Virus record (IMG/VR): IMGVR_UViG_3300045999_003241
Location: 1-42,942 of that record
Reading direction: 5' to 3' (one strand)
Length of the DNA: 42,942 bases
Source of the DNA: a virus
Taxonomy: Duplodnaviria > Caudoviricetes
Every line of letters begins with the position of its first letter. Position 1 is the first letter of the stretch. The notes below the pieces were generated by a model that was given only the letters and a program-made list of their open reading frames with translations, ran no database searches and was not told the origin of the DNA. The position numbers were made by a program, and so were the translations under genes. Positions 7,089 to 16,483 of this stretch are shown in pieces.

Positions 7089-8428
7089 ATCACGAAATAC
7101 AAGCAGAGTTTTCAGTCATCGGCGCATTACTTCTCGATAACAATGCAATTGATCGAATCCAAGATTTACTGCCAGATCATTTTTACAACCACGACAACCG
7201 GACATTCTTTATTGAGATTTGCAGACAGATCGCAGCAGGTAATCGCGTCGATGTCATCACAGTATTTGACGAACTCAAAACGAAGATAACGGATTGCTTG
7301 CAGCAGTTAAATTCAATTGCTAATTCGGTCGGTAGTTCAGCAAACATTCAAAGGTATGCGGAAATAATCACCGACAAGGCTATTAAACGGGCTTTGGTGG
7401 CGATTTCTAACGAAGTTAATGACATTGTGGCTACAGGTCAAAAAAGTGGCGTATGCGTCGATTTAGTGGCTTCTAAGGTTGAAGCATTGGCTCAACGTAA
7501 AACATCAACTGAGCCAAAGCGATTAAATGACCTTCTGACTGGCTATGTTGGCACGATGGAGGACCGTGAAAGCGGCAAGATCAAACCAATCGAAACGGGA
7601 TTTGTTGACCTTGATGAAAAGCTAGGCGGCGGCATCGATAGGGGAACTCTAACCGTGGTTGCTGGTCGCCCTGCTATGGGTAAGACAGCATTTGGTTTAG
7701 GCGTGGCTCGCAACATATCGCATGAACAAAGTTCGTTATTCCTGTCGATGGAGATGGTCAAGGAACAAGTAATTGATCGGAATATTGCAGCGATCGGAAA
7801 AATTCCTTTGTCCTGGTTGCGGGTCCCTACAAGTCACTCGCCAACAGATCAACAAAACTGGAACAACTTAACGGCGGCATTTGCAAAAGCGCAGGATTTG
7901 AACTTGTTCATTGACGATCAAACATCGCTCAACATGCTTTCAATTCGCAATAAATCACGTCAAGTCAAGAGAAAACACGGCTTAGATTGTTTGGTCATAG
8001 ATCAACTGTCTTTCATCACTGGCGCACAGTCTGAAAAGTCTTATGAAGCTGCTGGCGAGTACACAAGAGGACTTGTTCAACTCGCAAAAGAGTTAAACAT
8101 TGCAGTCGTTCTTTTGTGCCAGTTAAACCGCGAACTTGAAAAGCGCCCAAACAAGCGCCCGATGATGTCTGACTTAGCAGTATCAGGATCGATCGAACAA
8201 GACGCATCAACAATCATTTTTCTGTACCGCGATGAAGTCTATAACCAAGACTCTCAAGATAAAGGCGTGTGCGAGGTGATTATTGGCAAGCAACGTCAAG
8301 GCGCACCAGGCATGGCAGGACTCGCATACATCGGGGACCAGACGCGATTCGAAGATTTGCAGCGAGGTTGGCAGCCTTCACAGCCAAAAACCTATCCAAA
8401 ACGGGGAAGCCTAGCAGATGGTTTGTGA
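7085..8428 (+). CDS. dnaB: Replicative DNA helicase, DnaB family
   Basis: AGRPAMGKT Walker A, FLSMEM, LCQLNR, SGSIEQDA and KQRQG. Confidence 0.95.
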   Translation: MNHEIQAEFSVIGALLLDNNAIDRIQDLLPDHFYNHDNRTFFIEICRQIAAGNRVDVITVFDELKTKITDCLQQLNSIANSVGSSANIQRYAEIITDKAIKRALVAISNEVNDIVATGQKSGVCVDLVASKVEALAQRKTSTEPKRLNDLLTGYVGTMEDRESGKIKPIETGFVDLDEKLGGGIDRGTLTVVAGRPAMGKTAFGLGVARNISHEQSSLFLSMEMVKEQVIDRNIAAIGKIPLSWLRVPTSHSPTDQQNWNNLTAAFAKAQDLNLFIDDQTSLNMLSIRNKSRQVKRKHGLDCLVIDQLSFITGAQSEKSYEAAGEYTRGLVQLAKELNIAVVLLCQLNRELEKRPNKRPMMSDLAVSGSIEQDASTIIFLYRDEVYNQDSQDKGVCEVIIGKQRQGAPGMAGLAYIGDQTRFEDLQRGWQPSQPKTYPKRGSLADGL

Positions 8429-8612
8429 ATGGTGCTTAGTCGATTCTTGCAGAACTCACGCAAAACAAGAGTGTTGCCTGATTCGACGACTAGCAAAGAT
8501 GCCAAACGCACAGTTAATGCAGTACGCAAAAAAATGGACTACGGGCGAGAAAGATTACTACCGACCGTTAATTGTTAAAGAAAAATTGAGATTAAAGGAA
8601 ATTAGAAGATGA
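8418..8612 (+). CDS. Hypothetical Cys-rich protein
   Basis: Overlaps both neighbours; CxxC...CC pattern. Confidence 0.6.
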   Translation: MVCEWCLVDSCRTHAKQECCLIRRLAKMPNAQLMQYAKKWTTGEKDYYRPLIVKEKLRLKEIRR

Positions 8613-8941
8613 GCGCAGATACAGAATTGGCAATCGCAGTTTTAGAGCATCTACAGAACAACAGCAACAAGCGTTACAAGACCTATCAATTAACCAGAAT
8701 TTTCAAGGTCACGACAACGGCAATCAACAAAGCATGTGAAGCCTTGCCGATAAAAAGCAGCATAGAGGGAAGGGATCGAGTTTGGTATTTCGAATCGGAA
8801 GAAGATAAGGCAAAAGTGGCGACAAGACCAAGATTGCACGAGATACAGAAGCCAAAGCGAGATAACCGATTAATGGCGATAGCGATGGAAAGAAGTAAAG
8901 AAGCATATCCAAACGGCGGCAATTTTAAATCTATTTGTTGA
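8609..8941 (+). CDS. Hypothetical protein, possible winged HTH
   Basis: AAGGA SD; helix pattern KTYQLTRIFKVTTTAINKAC followed by a beta hairpin. Confidence 0.6.
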   Translation: MSADTELAIAVLEHLQNNSNKRYKTYQLTRIFKVTTTAINKACEALPIKSSIEGRDRVWYFESEEDKAKVATRPRLHEIQKPKRDNRLMAIAMERSKEAYPNGGNFKSIC

Positions 8942-8952
8942 GAGAGGTGAGC

Positions 8953-9273
8953 ATGGAAAATTTTGACCCAATAACAGACTCAATCAGCCGTGCATCAGGG
9001 ATTCATTGCCGCGCAAAAGACACTTACGCACTGTATTTCTCAAATGGGCGCATTGCTTCGGTCATGCAGACTTCACCGCACTTTATTTCAAGAATTGGCG
9101 CAAGCGGTAAAAACGTCGTAGGGATTTATCGAAAAAACGTAGATTTTCGAATGGTCATTGAAGATATTGAGTTTTTCTACAAAGAACTCAAAAAATCACA
9201 AAGTGAAGATTACGCCAACTTAACGAAAAAAAGAGAGAGAAAAAATGCCAAAGAGCAAAGCGAAACGGTGTAA
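8953..9273 (+). CDS. Hypothetical protein
   Basis: GAGGTG SD before ATG 8953. Confidence 0.6.
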   Translation: MENFDPITDSISRASGIHCRAKDTYALYFSNGRIASVMQTSPHFISRIGASGKNVVGIYRKNVDFRMVIEDIEFFYKELKKSQSEDYANLTKKRERKNAKEQSETV

Positions 9274-9748
9274 GAAGCATCGTCCAATCGAAGTTAAGAC
9301 CAATGCAGTTGAATGGGCGATAGGCGGGGCATTTACCTTTCCCATAGAAACCCAAAAGAAGATCATGAAAGAGCCATTGGCGGCGTTTGAAGTGCTTAGA
9401 GAGGGCAAAGCAAGCCGCGAGGACTGGAACATGATCTGCCAGTCTTTAAACGTTGGAGAAGCGCTTTGCGAATTTAACATCTGCAATAACCGACTAGATG
9501 ACTTTCACAAGGGGCATGAAGCCTTGCATCAAATTGCTTTGCGAATGTTAGCCGGTAAATCGTCAACGTGTTACGCGCATGAGCTTGCAGCAGTCAAAGA
9601 AGCGATGGATATGCACCAGATTCAGCTTAAATTTTGCAGCCAAGGCGAGTTTTCGAGAGCGGTTAAGCGGGTAACGAATTTATTAAAAGGCGGCGCACAG
9701 GATGATGTTGCTATGACTTACGCAAGACTTAATGGGGCGGTGATATGA
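9245..9748 (+). CDS. Hypothetical phage protein
   Basis: 167-aa ORF in a coupled operon. Confidence 0.7.
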   Translation: MPKSKAKRCKKHRPIEVKTNAVEWAIGGAFTFPIETQKKIMKEPLAAFEVLREGKASREDWNMICQSLNVGEALCEFNICNNRLDDFHKGHEALHQIALRMLAGKSSTCYAHELAAVKEAMDMHQIQLKFCSQGEFSRAVKRVTNLLKGGAQDDVAMTYARLNGAVI

Positions 9749-9918
9749 ATACAATTTTCTGGTTATCAGTAGTTTTTGGATGTCTTAGTTTCGGCGTGAT
9801 TGTTTTAATGATTATCGAATACTCAAATCTGTCCGAGTTTCAAAAATTATATATCGAAGTTCCTTTCTGGCCCGTACCGACATTTATAGCTTGTGTTGTT
9901 ACAGCACTAACAATTTAA
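9745..9918 (+). CDS. Small 2-TM membrane protein, 57 aa
   Basis: MNTIFWLSVVFGCLSFGVIVLMII...PTFIACVVTALTI; ATGA overlap; not in the ORF track. Confidence 0.65.
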   Translation: MNTIFWLSVVFGCLSFGVIVLMIIEYSNLSEFQKLYIEVPFWPVPTFIACVVTALTI

Positions 9919-9927
9919 GGTGGCAGC

Positions 9928-10167
9928 ATGAATCAAAACAAAATAGACAGCATGGAAGCAGTTGGAGAATTGCCAGACTTGGGCAACTTACTTTTGCGCG
10001 AGGGAGGTTTTCCACATCTCCCGAATCCGCGATTTGTACCAGAACCAAAGAAAAAATATATCAGGATTGAAGGTAACAATGGTTGCTATGACTGCGTAGG
10101 AAAAGATGATAGGGATCTTTGCCATAAATTACCTTCATGTGTTGAACATGCTACGCTTTTCATTTAG
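9928..10167 (+). CDS. Hypothetical Cys-containing protein
   Basis: AAGGTGG SD; GCYDC...C...C pattern. Confidence 0.6.
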   Translation: MNQNKIDSMEAVGELPDLGNLLLREGGFPHLPNPRFVPEPKKKYIRIEGNNGCYDCVGKDDRDLCHKLPSCVEHATLFI

Positions 10168-10181
10168 CGCGAGGTGCAGCC

Positions 10182-10412
10182 ATGAAAAAGCCAAAATTAA
10201 CAAAGTGGTTTGATGGAAGTGTAAAGCCTGTGCGGGATGGGGTGTATGAACGTAAATATCCTGGTGAGAAATCTGCCGTTTACAACAAATTTGCGAATGG
10301 CAAGTGGCATGTAGGAGGATGGACAATTGAACAAGCAGACTTTAAAAGTGGAATTTCCGATTATCAAAACGATCCTTGGCGCGGCCTTGCAAACAATCCA
10401 GAGGTTAAATGA
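10182..10412 (+). CDS. Hypothetical phage protein
   Basis: GAGGTG SD; WFDGSVKPVRDGVYE...WRGL. Confidence 0.7.
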   Translation: MKKPKLTKWFDGSVKPVRDGVYERKYPGEKSAVYNKFANGKWHVGGWTIEQADFKSGISDYQNDPWRGLANNPEVK

Positions 10413-10732
10413 TGAACAAAGACAACGCAAAAGACTTTCTGCCTTTGGTGCAGGCATTGGCAGAAGGTAAGACGATTCAGTTTAAAGGGATCGATAATGA
10501 TACTTTTGAAGATATTGTTGGCGAGCATTGGTTTGATGATGAAGCTACCGAGTATCGAATCAAGCCAGAACCAAAGAAAGAATGGATTCGTGTCGGGAAA
10601 TGGAATGTAGGAACATCTATGCGTTGTTATGCATCTTGCGAAGAAGATGAAACAAGATTACAGAATATAGAATATTTTGGCGGCTGGATAACAGACCGCA
10701 TCGAATACGAACTACCAGAGGGGGAAGTATGA
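10409..10732 (+). CDS. Hypothetical protein (GKTIQ...YRIKP module), paralog of the next gene
   Basis: GAGG SD; N-terminus shared with 10729..11142. Confidence 0.7.
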   Translation: MMNKDNAKDFLPLVQALAEGKTIQFKGIDNDTFEDIVGEHWFDDEATEYRIKPEPKKEWIRVGKWNVGTSMRCYASCEEDETRLQNIEYFGGWITDRIEYELPEGEV

Positions 10733-11142
10733 ACGCAACGCAAGCAAAAGAATGGCTGCCATTCATCCAAGCTGTAGCCGATGGCAAGACAATCCAAGTC
10801 AATATGAGTGGCGGGTGGGTCGATATTAGCGATGTATTAGGTTACTTAGATTGTGGCGTAGAGCATTTGCGCATCAAGCCAAGAGAGTTTAAGAACTTCT
10901 CTTTGCCTTGGGAGTACATTGATAAGACGCTGAACTTTGCAACGTATAGAGATGGTGATAACGGTACCGTATTCTACAGAGACAAGCCAGTTTTTAAAGA
11001 GCATAATACCTCGATAGGCTCAATACTCTCTTGGCATTCGGACTATGCAACATGTCTCGCGATACGCCCGATTGACGAAGGAGTGAACGAATCTGAATAC
11101 CTAGCCTGCCGTAATCCAGACGATTTACAAGGAGAACTATGA
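10729..11142 (+). CDS. Hypothetical protein (GKTIQ...LRIKP module)
   Basis: ATGA overlap; paralogous N-terminus. Confidence 0.7.
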   Translation: MNATQAKEWLPFIQAVADGKTIQVNMSGGWVDISDVLGYLDCGVEHLRIKPREFKNFSLPWEYIDKTLNFATYRDGDNGTVFYRDKPVFKEHNTSIGSILSWHSDYATCLAIRPIDEGVNESEYLACRNPDDLQGEL

Positions 11143-11336
11143 AAACGCAAACAGAAGCAGCAGAAGAAGGATTAAGGGCATCAATAGACGATCAGCCTAT
11201 GTTTATGAATCCTTACACGCCGAATCAACAGCCATTCCCGCAACTGTTCGTTGCATGGTTCTCAGGGTGGTGCGAAGGCGAGAGAGAAAAGTATTTTAAT
11301 GAAAATCCAGATAAAATGAGATTTCCTACTCAATAG
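11139..11336 (+). CDS. Small protein with an Rmf-like motif
   Basis: AAGGAG SD; EG.RA...NPY...AWFSGW..G pattern. Confidence 0.55.
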   Translation: MKTQTEAAEEGLRASIDDQPMFMNPYTPNQQPFPQLFVAWFSGWCEGEREKYFNENPDKMRFPTQ

Positions 11337-11361
11337 TTTAGTCAACAGACTTTTCTAAAAG

Positions 11362-11398
11362 AAGCCCTGCATCTTAACCGGTGCGGGGCTTTTTCTTT
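11362..11398 (+). terminator. Rho-independent terminator ending the early-right operon
   Basis: AAGCCCTGCATC / GGTGCGGGGCTT stem followed by a T run. Confidence 0.85.
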
Positions 11399-11403
11399 AC
11401 GCC

Positions 11404-11469
11404 TTCACTTCAATTCTGCGTTTCACTCTACACGATCACTTTGCACAAATCTGTTGCTAGTATCGGCGC
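11404..11469 (+). promoter_or_regulatory. Probable late promoter (extended -10, leaderless terS)
   Basis: TGcTAGTAT (11455-11463), then 6 nt and ATG; no canonical -35; TCACT repeated three times upstream. Confidence 0.5.
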
Positions 11470-11991
11470 ATGACTAAAGACACATCAAAGACTGCTAAGA
11501 CTAAAGGTAATCCAACTAAGCCAGTAGCGGCTAAGAAGGCGACAACTATCGCGCCTGCGCGCACGATAAAGCCAAGAATTACATTTTCCGAAGAATTGAT
11601 TTCAACAATATTCAATCGGGTATCAAATGGCGAGTCTATCAATAAGATTTGCAGCACGCCTGATATGCCATGCAGAAATTCATTCTTTGAGTGGGTTGAT
11701 AAGAGTGAAGATGTTCAGCGCAGATACCAGTTAGCCATTATTGCGAGAACAGACTTTTATGCGGAAGAAATCATTGCAATTTCAGATGATGGCTCGAAGG
11801 ACACATACCTTGATGGCGATGGCAACGAGAGAACAGATAACGAAGTAGTTGCAAGGGCAAAGCTGCGCATTGATGCGCGTAAATGGTTTGTTAGCAAGAT
11901 GAACCCGAAGAAGTACGGCGACAAACTGGAATTGTCTGGTGATCCAACTTCACCGCTTGTTGTAGTCAAGGATTTTAGCGGTACGAAGTAA
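11470..11991 (+). CDS. terS: Terminase small subunit (Sf6-like HTH)
   Basis: GESINKIC...MP...FFEW HTH and RAKLRIDARKW...PKKYGDK. Confidence 0.9.
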   Translation: MTKDTSKTAKTKGNPTKPVAAKKATTIAPARTIKPRITFSEELISTIFNRVSNGESINKICSTPDMPCRNSFFEWVDKSEDVQRRYQLAIIARTDFYAEEIIAISDDGSKDTYLDGDGNERTDNEVVARAKLRIDARKWFVSKMNPKKYGDKLELSGDPTSPLVVVKDFSGTK

Positions 11992-12060
11992 TACCACTTA
12001 GCCGAAAAGTAGCCTAAAAACGGTGTTTTAACCGAATAGCGATAGAACCAGCAAGGAAAT

Positions 12061-13485
12061 ATGGCACAAAACAACGCATCTTATGAAATACGCATGAAGC
12101 CACAAGGCGCAGTCCTTGACGCTTACATGCTGAGTCGTAAGCGCGTTAGTTTCATTATGGGTCCATTGGGTAGCGGCAAGACTTACCAGAGTTGCCAAAA
12201 GATTTTGAAGTTGATGATTGAGCAAAAGCCTACCGAATTAGGCATTCGCAAGTCACGGTGGTATGCAATCCGTAATTCCTACCCTGATTTGATGACCACG
12301 ACCATTAAGGATTGGCTTGATCTGTTCGGTGATTTGGGCGTTTTCAAGGGTGGGGGATCAGAACCGCCAACGCATAGGCTGAATTTCAGGCTTGAGGACG
12401 GTACTAAAGTCGAATCAGAAGTCGTTTTCTTGGCGTTAGATCGTGAAGATAGCGTTAAGAAGCTACGTGGTGCGCAGGTAACAGGCTTTTGGCTGAATGA
12501 AGTCAAAGAGTTGAAGAAGGGCATCATCGACATGGCTGATTTGCGTCATGGGCGGTATCCGTCAGCGATGGAAGGTGGTTGCACTTGGCACGGCATGATA
12601 GGCGATACAAATGCACCTGAACACGGTCACTGGTACTACAACCTAGCGGAGAACGACAAGCCCGATGGGTGGGATTTCTTCAAGCAGCCAGGCGGTGTAT
12701 TGCGTCAAGGATTGAAGCAGGACGGCAAAGTTAATTGGGTGCCGAATCAGTTTGCAGAGAACATTAACAATCTGCCAGAAGGCTATTACAGCCGCGGCAT
12801 GGCGGGTAAGAGCGACGAATGGATTGCAACGAACTTAGCCAATGAGTACGGTTCATTTGTCGATGGCGCGTATTACTCGGTGCAAATGGCTGATTTACGC
12901 AGGCGCAACGCTATTGGTGAAGTTGCCTACGATCGTGGCTTGCCAGTTAATACGTTTTGGGACTTGGGGCGTAACGATGCGATGGCGATATGGTTTCACC
13001 AGCGCCACGGATCACAGAATAGGCTTATCGACTACTTTGAAGGTACGAACGCCGGCTTTGATGTCTATGCCAAGATGATGAAGGACAAAGGCTACCTTTA
13101 TGGCGTGCATTACATGCCGCATGACGCAGCAGTAAGGGACTTGGGACCAGGCTCACTAAGCCGCACAGAACATGCAGAGAACTTGGGCATTAAGCCGATT
13201 GTGGTGGTTAAGCGTCCTCGCAACATCGAAGAAGTCTTAGATGCAATCGAATCAACGCGCAGATTTCTATCGACATGCGTGATCGATGAAACGATGTGCC
13301 GGCAGGGAATCATCAACTTAGACAACTATCGACGCGAGTTTAACGAGACGCTAGGCATATTTAAGTCACAGCCATTGCATGACAAGCACAGTAACGGCGC
13401 AGACGCACTGCGCACAGGTGCAACCGGCTTTGCAGTAGCGCAAATGGTACGCGAAACCGATTTATATCCTGAACACGTAGGGTAA
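12061..13485 (+). CDS. terL: Terminase large subunit
   Basis: GPLGSGKT Walker A, WLNE Walker B, WDLG, MPHDA and HSNGADALR nuclease motifs. Confidence 0.93.
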   Translation: MAQNNASYEIRMKPQGAVLDAYMLSRKRVSFIMGPLGSGKTYQSCQKILKLMIEQKPTELGIRKSRWYAIRNSYPDLMTTTIKDWLDLFGDLGVFKGGGSEPPTHRLNFRLEDGTKVESEVVFLALDREDSVKKLRGAQVTGFWLNEVKELKKGIIDMADLRHGRYPSAMEGGCTWHGMIGDTNAPEHGHWYYNLAENDKPDGWDFFKQPGGVLRQGLKQDGKVNWVPNQFAENINNLPEGYYSRGMAGKSDEWIATNLANEYGSFVDGAYYSVQMADLRRRNAIGEVAYDRGLPVNTFWDLGRNDAMAIWFHQRHGSQNRLIDYFEGTNAGFDVYAKMMKDKGYLYGVHYMPHDAAVRDLGPGSLSRTEHAENLGIKPIVVVKRPRNIEEVLDAIESTRRFLSTCVIDETMCRQGIINLDNYRREFNETLGIFKSQPLHDKHSNGADALRTGATGFAVAQMVRETDLYPEHVG

Positions 13486-13489
13486 AGAC

Positions 13490-13654
13490 ATGGCAGATAC
13501 AACGACAACAGAAAAAAGCTGGTCCGAACTGGTCAACGAGATTGAGGGCGACAGACAGCGCGAGAAACCGATCGCTTATGAGTTCAACGGTGGACGCAAG
13601 ATATTTAAGAGCCGTGAACAATTCGGCGGCGTTTATGCGGAGTCAGAAGAATGA
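13490..13654 (+). CDS. Hypothetical protein, 54 aa
   Basis: MADTTTTEKSW...AESEE; fills the gap after terL and overlaps the next gene by ATGA. Confidence 0.65.
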   Translation: MADTTTTEKSWSELVNEIEGDRQREKPIAYEFNGGRKIFKSREQFGGVYAESEE

Positions 13655-13968
13655 TGCAGGCAGACACTACAACAAGAGATAACTTACTCGATGCGCTAGA
13701 TCGTGCATATCCTGCATTTAACGGCTATTGGCGTGCAGATGTAGATCCTATTGGCGGCGTGGTGCAAATCACGAACATGCTTCTTTCTGGTAAATGGGGG
13801 TTCCTTATGCATCTAAACAAGATTGATCCAGAAGGCAAAAAGGTAGTGCGTAACGCAGGCGAATTGCTAGAGCGTTTCCGTGTATCGCGCAATCCTAATG
13901 CCGATATTTACTCAATTTTAGGCATGGAACGCGACAAGCGCGGCGAACTTTTGGTGGATAAGTCATGA
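13651..13968 (+). CDS. Hypothetical protein
   Basis: Coupled to the portal; AGELLERF motif. Confidence 0.7.
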   Translation: MMQADTTTRDNLLDALDRAYPAFNGYWRADVDPIGGVVQITNMLLSGKWGFLMHLNKIDPEGKKVVRNAGELLERFRVSRNPNADIYSILGMERDKRGELLVDKS

Positions 13969-16157
13969 ACGAAAACGAAAACATCGACACAGCAGCGGCA
14001 GAGCATGACGAATCAATGAATAGTTGGTTGATGTCTGCGCGTGATGCGTATGAATCATCATCGACTTGGTTTGATGCAAGCGTAAGGCGCACAACTGAAA
14101 AGGCGATGGCGCACTTCTCAAACCGTCATGCACCAGGCTCAAAATACTATTCTGATTCGTATAAGTACCGTGCTAAAGGCTTTAGACCGAAAACACGCGC
14201 AACGATTCGACGCAATGAAGCAGCGGCGGCAATTGCCTTCTTTAGTACGCAAGACATGGTTGCGATCACGCCAGAAAATCAGGCAGATGATGCGCAAGTC
14301 GTTTCTGCTGCTGTGCTTAGTGAGTTGCTCAATTATCGATTAACGGACTCTATTCCTTGGTTTCAAGTGGCAATCGGCGCATACCAAAGCGCTATGAATG
14401 TCGGGGTAGTTATCTCGCATCAAGGTTGGGAGTTCGAAGAAGAAGAGCAAGAGTTCCCAAGTTTTGATGAGTTTGGCGGTCAGATTGTTGATGAAGAAGG
14501 CAATCCAATCACACAGACGATGCGCAGAACGATCACAGATAAGCCTCGCATTGATCTAGTCGCAATTGAAAACTTCCGTATTTCACCGGCAGCGGATTGG
14601 ACTGATCCAGTCGGCACAAGCCCATTCACTATCGAAATGATCCCGATGTTTATCGGTGACGTTAAAGAAAAGATGGCAAGCGGTGTATGGAAACAGTACG
14701 AAGAAGGCGCAATTCAAGGTGCGGCGCAGAATCAGTACGACTCAATTAGGGCGGCGCGTGATGGTCAAAAGCGCGTAGATGGTGTTGATGTAACGTATGC
14801 CACAAGTGATTTTGATACCGTGTTTGTTCATCGCAATATCATTCGCAAGAATGGCAAAGACATGATCTTTTACACGCTCGGCACGCATTTGATGTTGACT
14901 GAGCCAAAGCCATTACAAGAAGAATATGCACACTTAAAGCGCGGCGAACGTCCCTATGTGATGGGTAGTTGCATTATTGAAGCGCACAAGACCTATCCAG
15001 CGGGATCGAATGAGCTTTTATTCGGCCTGCAAGAGAACGCCAACGAGATCAGCAATCAGCGCCAAGATAACGTGTCATTAGTGATGAATAAGCGTTACTT
15101 CGCTAAGAGAACGGCTAATGTCGATTTCAAATCATTAACGCGCAATGTACCTGGCTCAGTGACACTCGTTGACGATATTCAATCCGATATTCGTTGGGAC
15201 TCGCCACCAGACGTTACAGGCTCAAGTTATCAGGAACAGGATCGTGTATCGCTAGACTTTGACGAATTGGCGGGTACGTTCTCGCCTGGTTCAGTTCAAA
15301 GCAATCGTCAGACAGGCGACACAGTTGGCGGCATGAATTTAATGTCAGCAGATGCCAATACTTTGACCGAGTACCAGTTGCGCGTTTTCTCTGAGACGTG
15401 GGCAGAACCAGTGTTGAAGCAACTTGTACGCATGGAACAAGCCTACGAAACAGATGAAATCATCATGGCGATTGCGGGTGAGCGTAGCAAGATGATGCAG
15501 AAATTCGGCATCGACAAGATCACAGACGAAATGATTCAAGGCACTGTCAATGTGAACGTCAATATCGGCTTTGGTGCGACTAATCCGCAGAAACGAATCG
15601 AGAAGTTGACGATGGGCTTGAATACCATTGCAGGCTTTGCGCCTAACTTGATTCAACGGATGGATACAAAGGAAGTCGTTGCAGAGATATTCGGTGCTTT
15701 AGGCTGGAAATCAGCAGATAGATTCTTTCCGTCATTGGGTGAAGATAAGCAGCAGGACCCACAAATGCAGGCGATGCAGCAGCAGATACAGCAGTTGCAA
15801 CAAATGATCGAGACTGAAAAAGTCCAGTGGGACGCACGCAAAGAAATCGCAGCGATGAACAATCAAACGAAAGAGCAGATTGTCGCATCTCAATTGCAAG
15901 TCAGAAGCGAAGATGACAACGCAGATCGAGAGTTTGCACGATGGGCGAAAGAGATTGATGCGCAGTTGGCAGCCGCAGGATTATCGGCAGAAGAGCGCGT
16001 TTCACTCAACAACGCCAAAGTTACGCTTTCTGGTATTAGTATGAAGCTCAACGCACAACAGCGCCTAGCAGCATCGAACGGAAAGGGCCCACAGTTGATT
16101 ACTCCACCGAATGAACCAGCAGGCAGAGCACCAAACGGACAGGCATATCAAGCATGA
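13965..16157 (+). CDS. Portal protein (podovirus, P22-like with coiled-coil tail)
   Basis: 730 aa, follows terL, typical helical portal pattern and Q-rich C-terminal barrel. Confidence 0.88.
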   Translation: MNENENIDTAAAEHDESMNSWLMSARDAYESSSTWFDASVRRTTEKAMAHFSNRHAPGSKYYSDSYKYRAKGFRPKTRATIRRNEAAAAIAFFSTQDMVAITPENQADDAQVVSAAVLSELLNYRLTDSIPWFQVAIGAYQSAMNVGVVISHQGWEFEEEEQEFPSFDEFGGQIVDEEGNPITQTMRRTITDKPRIDLVAIENFRISPAADWTDPVGTSPFTIEMIPMFIGDVKEKMASGVWKQYEEGAIQGAAQNQYDSIRAARDGQKRVDGVDVTYATSDFDTVFVHRNIIRKNGKDMIFYTLGTHLMLTEPKPLQEEYAHLKRGERPYVMGSCIIEAHKTYPAGSNELLFGLQENANEISNQRQDNVSLVMNKRYFAKRTANVDFKSLTRNVPGSVTLVDDIQSDIRWDSPPDVTGSSYQEQDRVSLDFDELAGTFSPGSVQSNRQTGDTVGGMNLMSADANTLTEYQLRVFSETWAEPVLKQLVRMEQAYETDEIIMAIAGERSKMMQKFGIDKITDEMIQGTVNVNVNIGFGATNPQKRIEKLTMGLNTIAGFAPNLIQRMDTKEVVAEIFGALGWKSADRFFPSLGEDKQQDPQMQAMQQQIQQLQQMIETEKVQWDARKEIAAMNNQTKEQIVASQLQVRSEDDNADREFARWAKEIDAQLAAAGLSAEERVSLNNAKVTLSGISMKLNAQQRLAASNGKGPQLITPPNEPAGRAPNGQAYQA

Positions 16158-16444
16158 TATTTGACGATGACAGCGAAGATTTGAAGTTAGCGCGACTTGG
16201 CATTGATGCGGAGAGTTTTCTCAATTCGCCTTTAGGGATTCACCTAGCTACGAAAGCGCAGGGTGAAATCGAAGAAGCGACACAAGCATTGATTAAAGCT
16301 AAGCCAAGCGACATTGAAAGTAACACAGCATTACGCAATCGAATTTATGTAGCAAACCAAGCTATGACTTGGATAGTGCAAGCAGCAGCAGAAGGCAGGG
16401 CGGCACATGACAGGATTCGAGAGCAAGAAGCACAGGATTATTAA
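16154..16444 (+). CDS. Small head-associated protein
   Basis: Position between portal and scaffold. Confidence 0.7.
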   Translation: MIFDDDSEDLKLARLGIDAESFLNSPLGIHLATKAQGEIEEATQALIKAKPSDIESNTALRNRIYVANQAMTWIVQAAAEGRAAHDRIREQEAQDY

Positions 16445-16483
16445 CAACTGCATATCCGCAAGGACTGCGCGAAAGGGCATTAA

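Noticed and set aside
16451-16480. GCAA-tetraloop hairpin before the scaffold gene as a novel RNA
   Set aside because: Very short stem; at most ordinary translational autoregulation, and not supportable from sequence alone.
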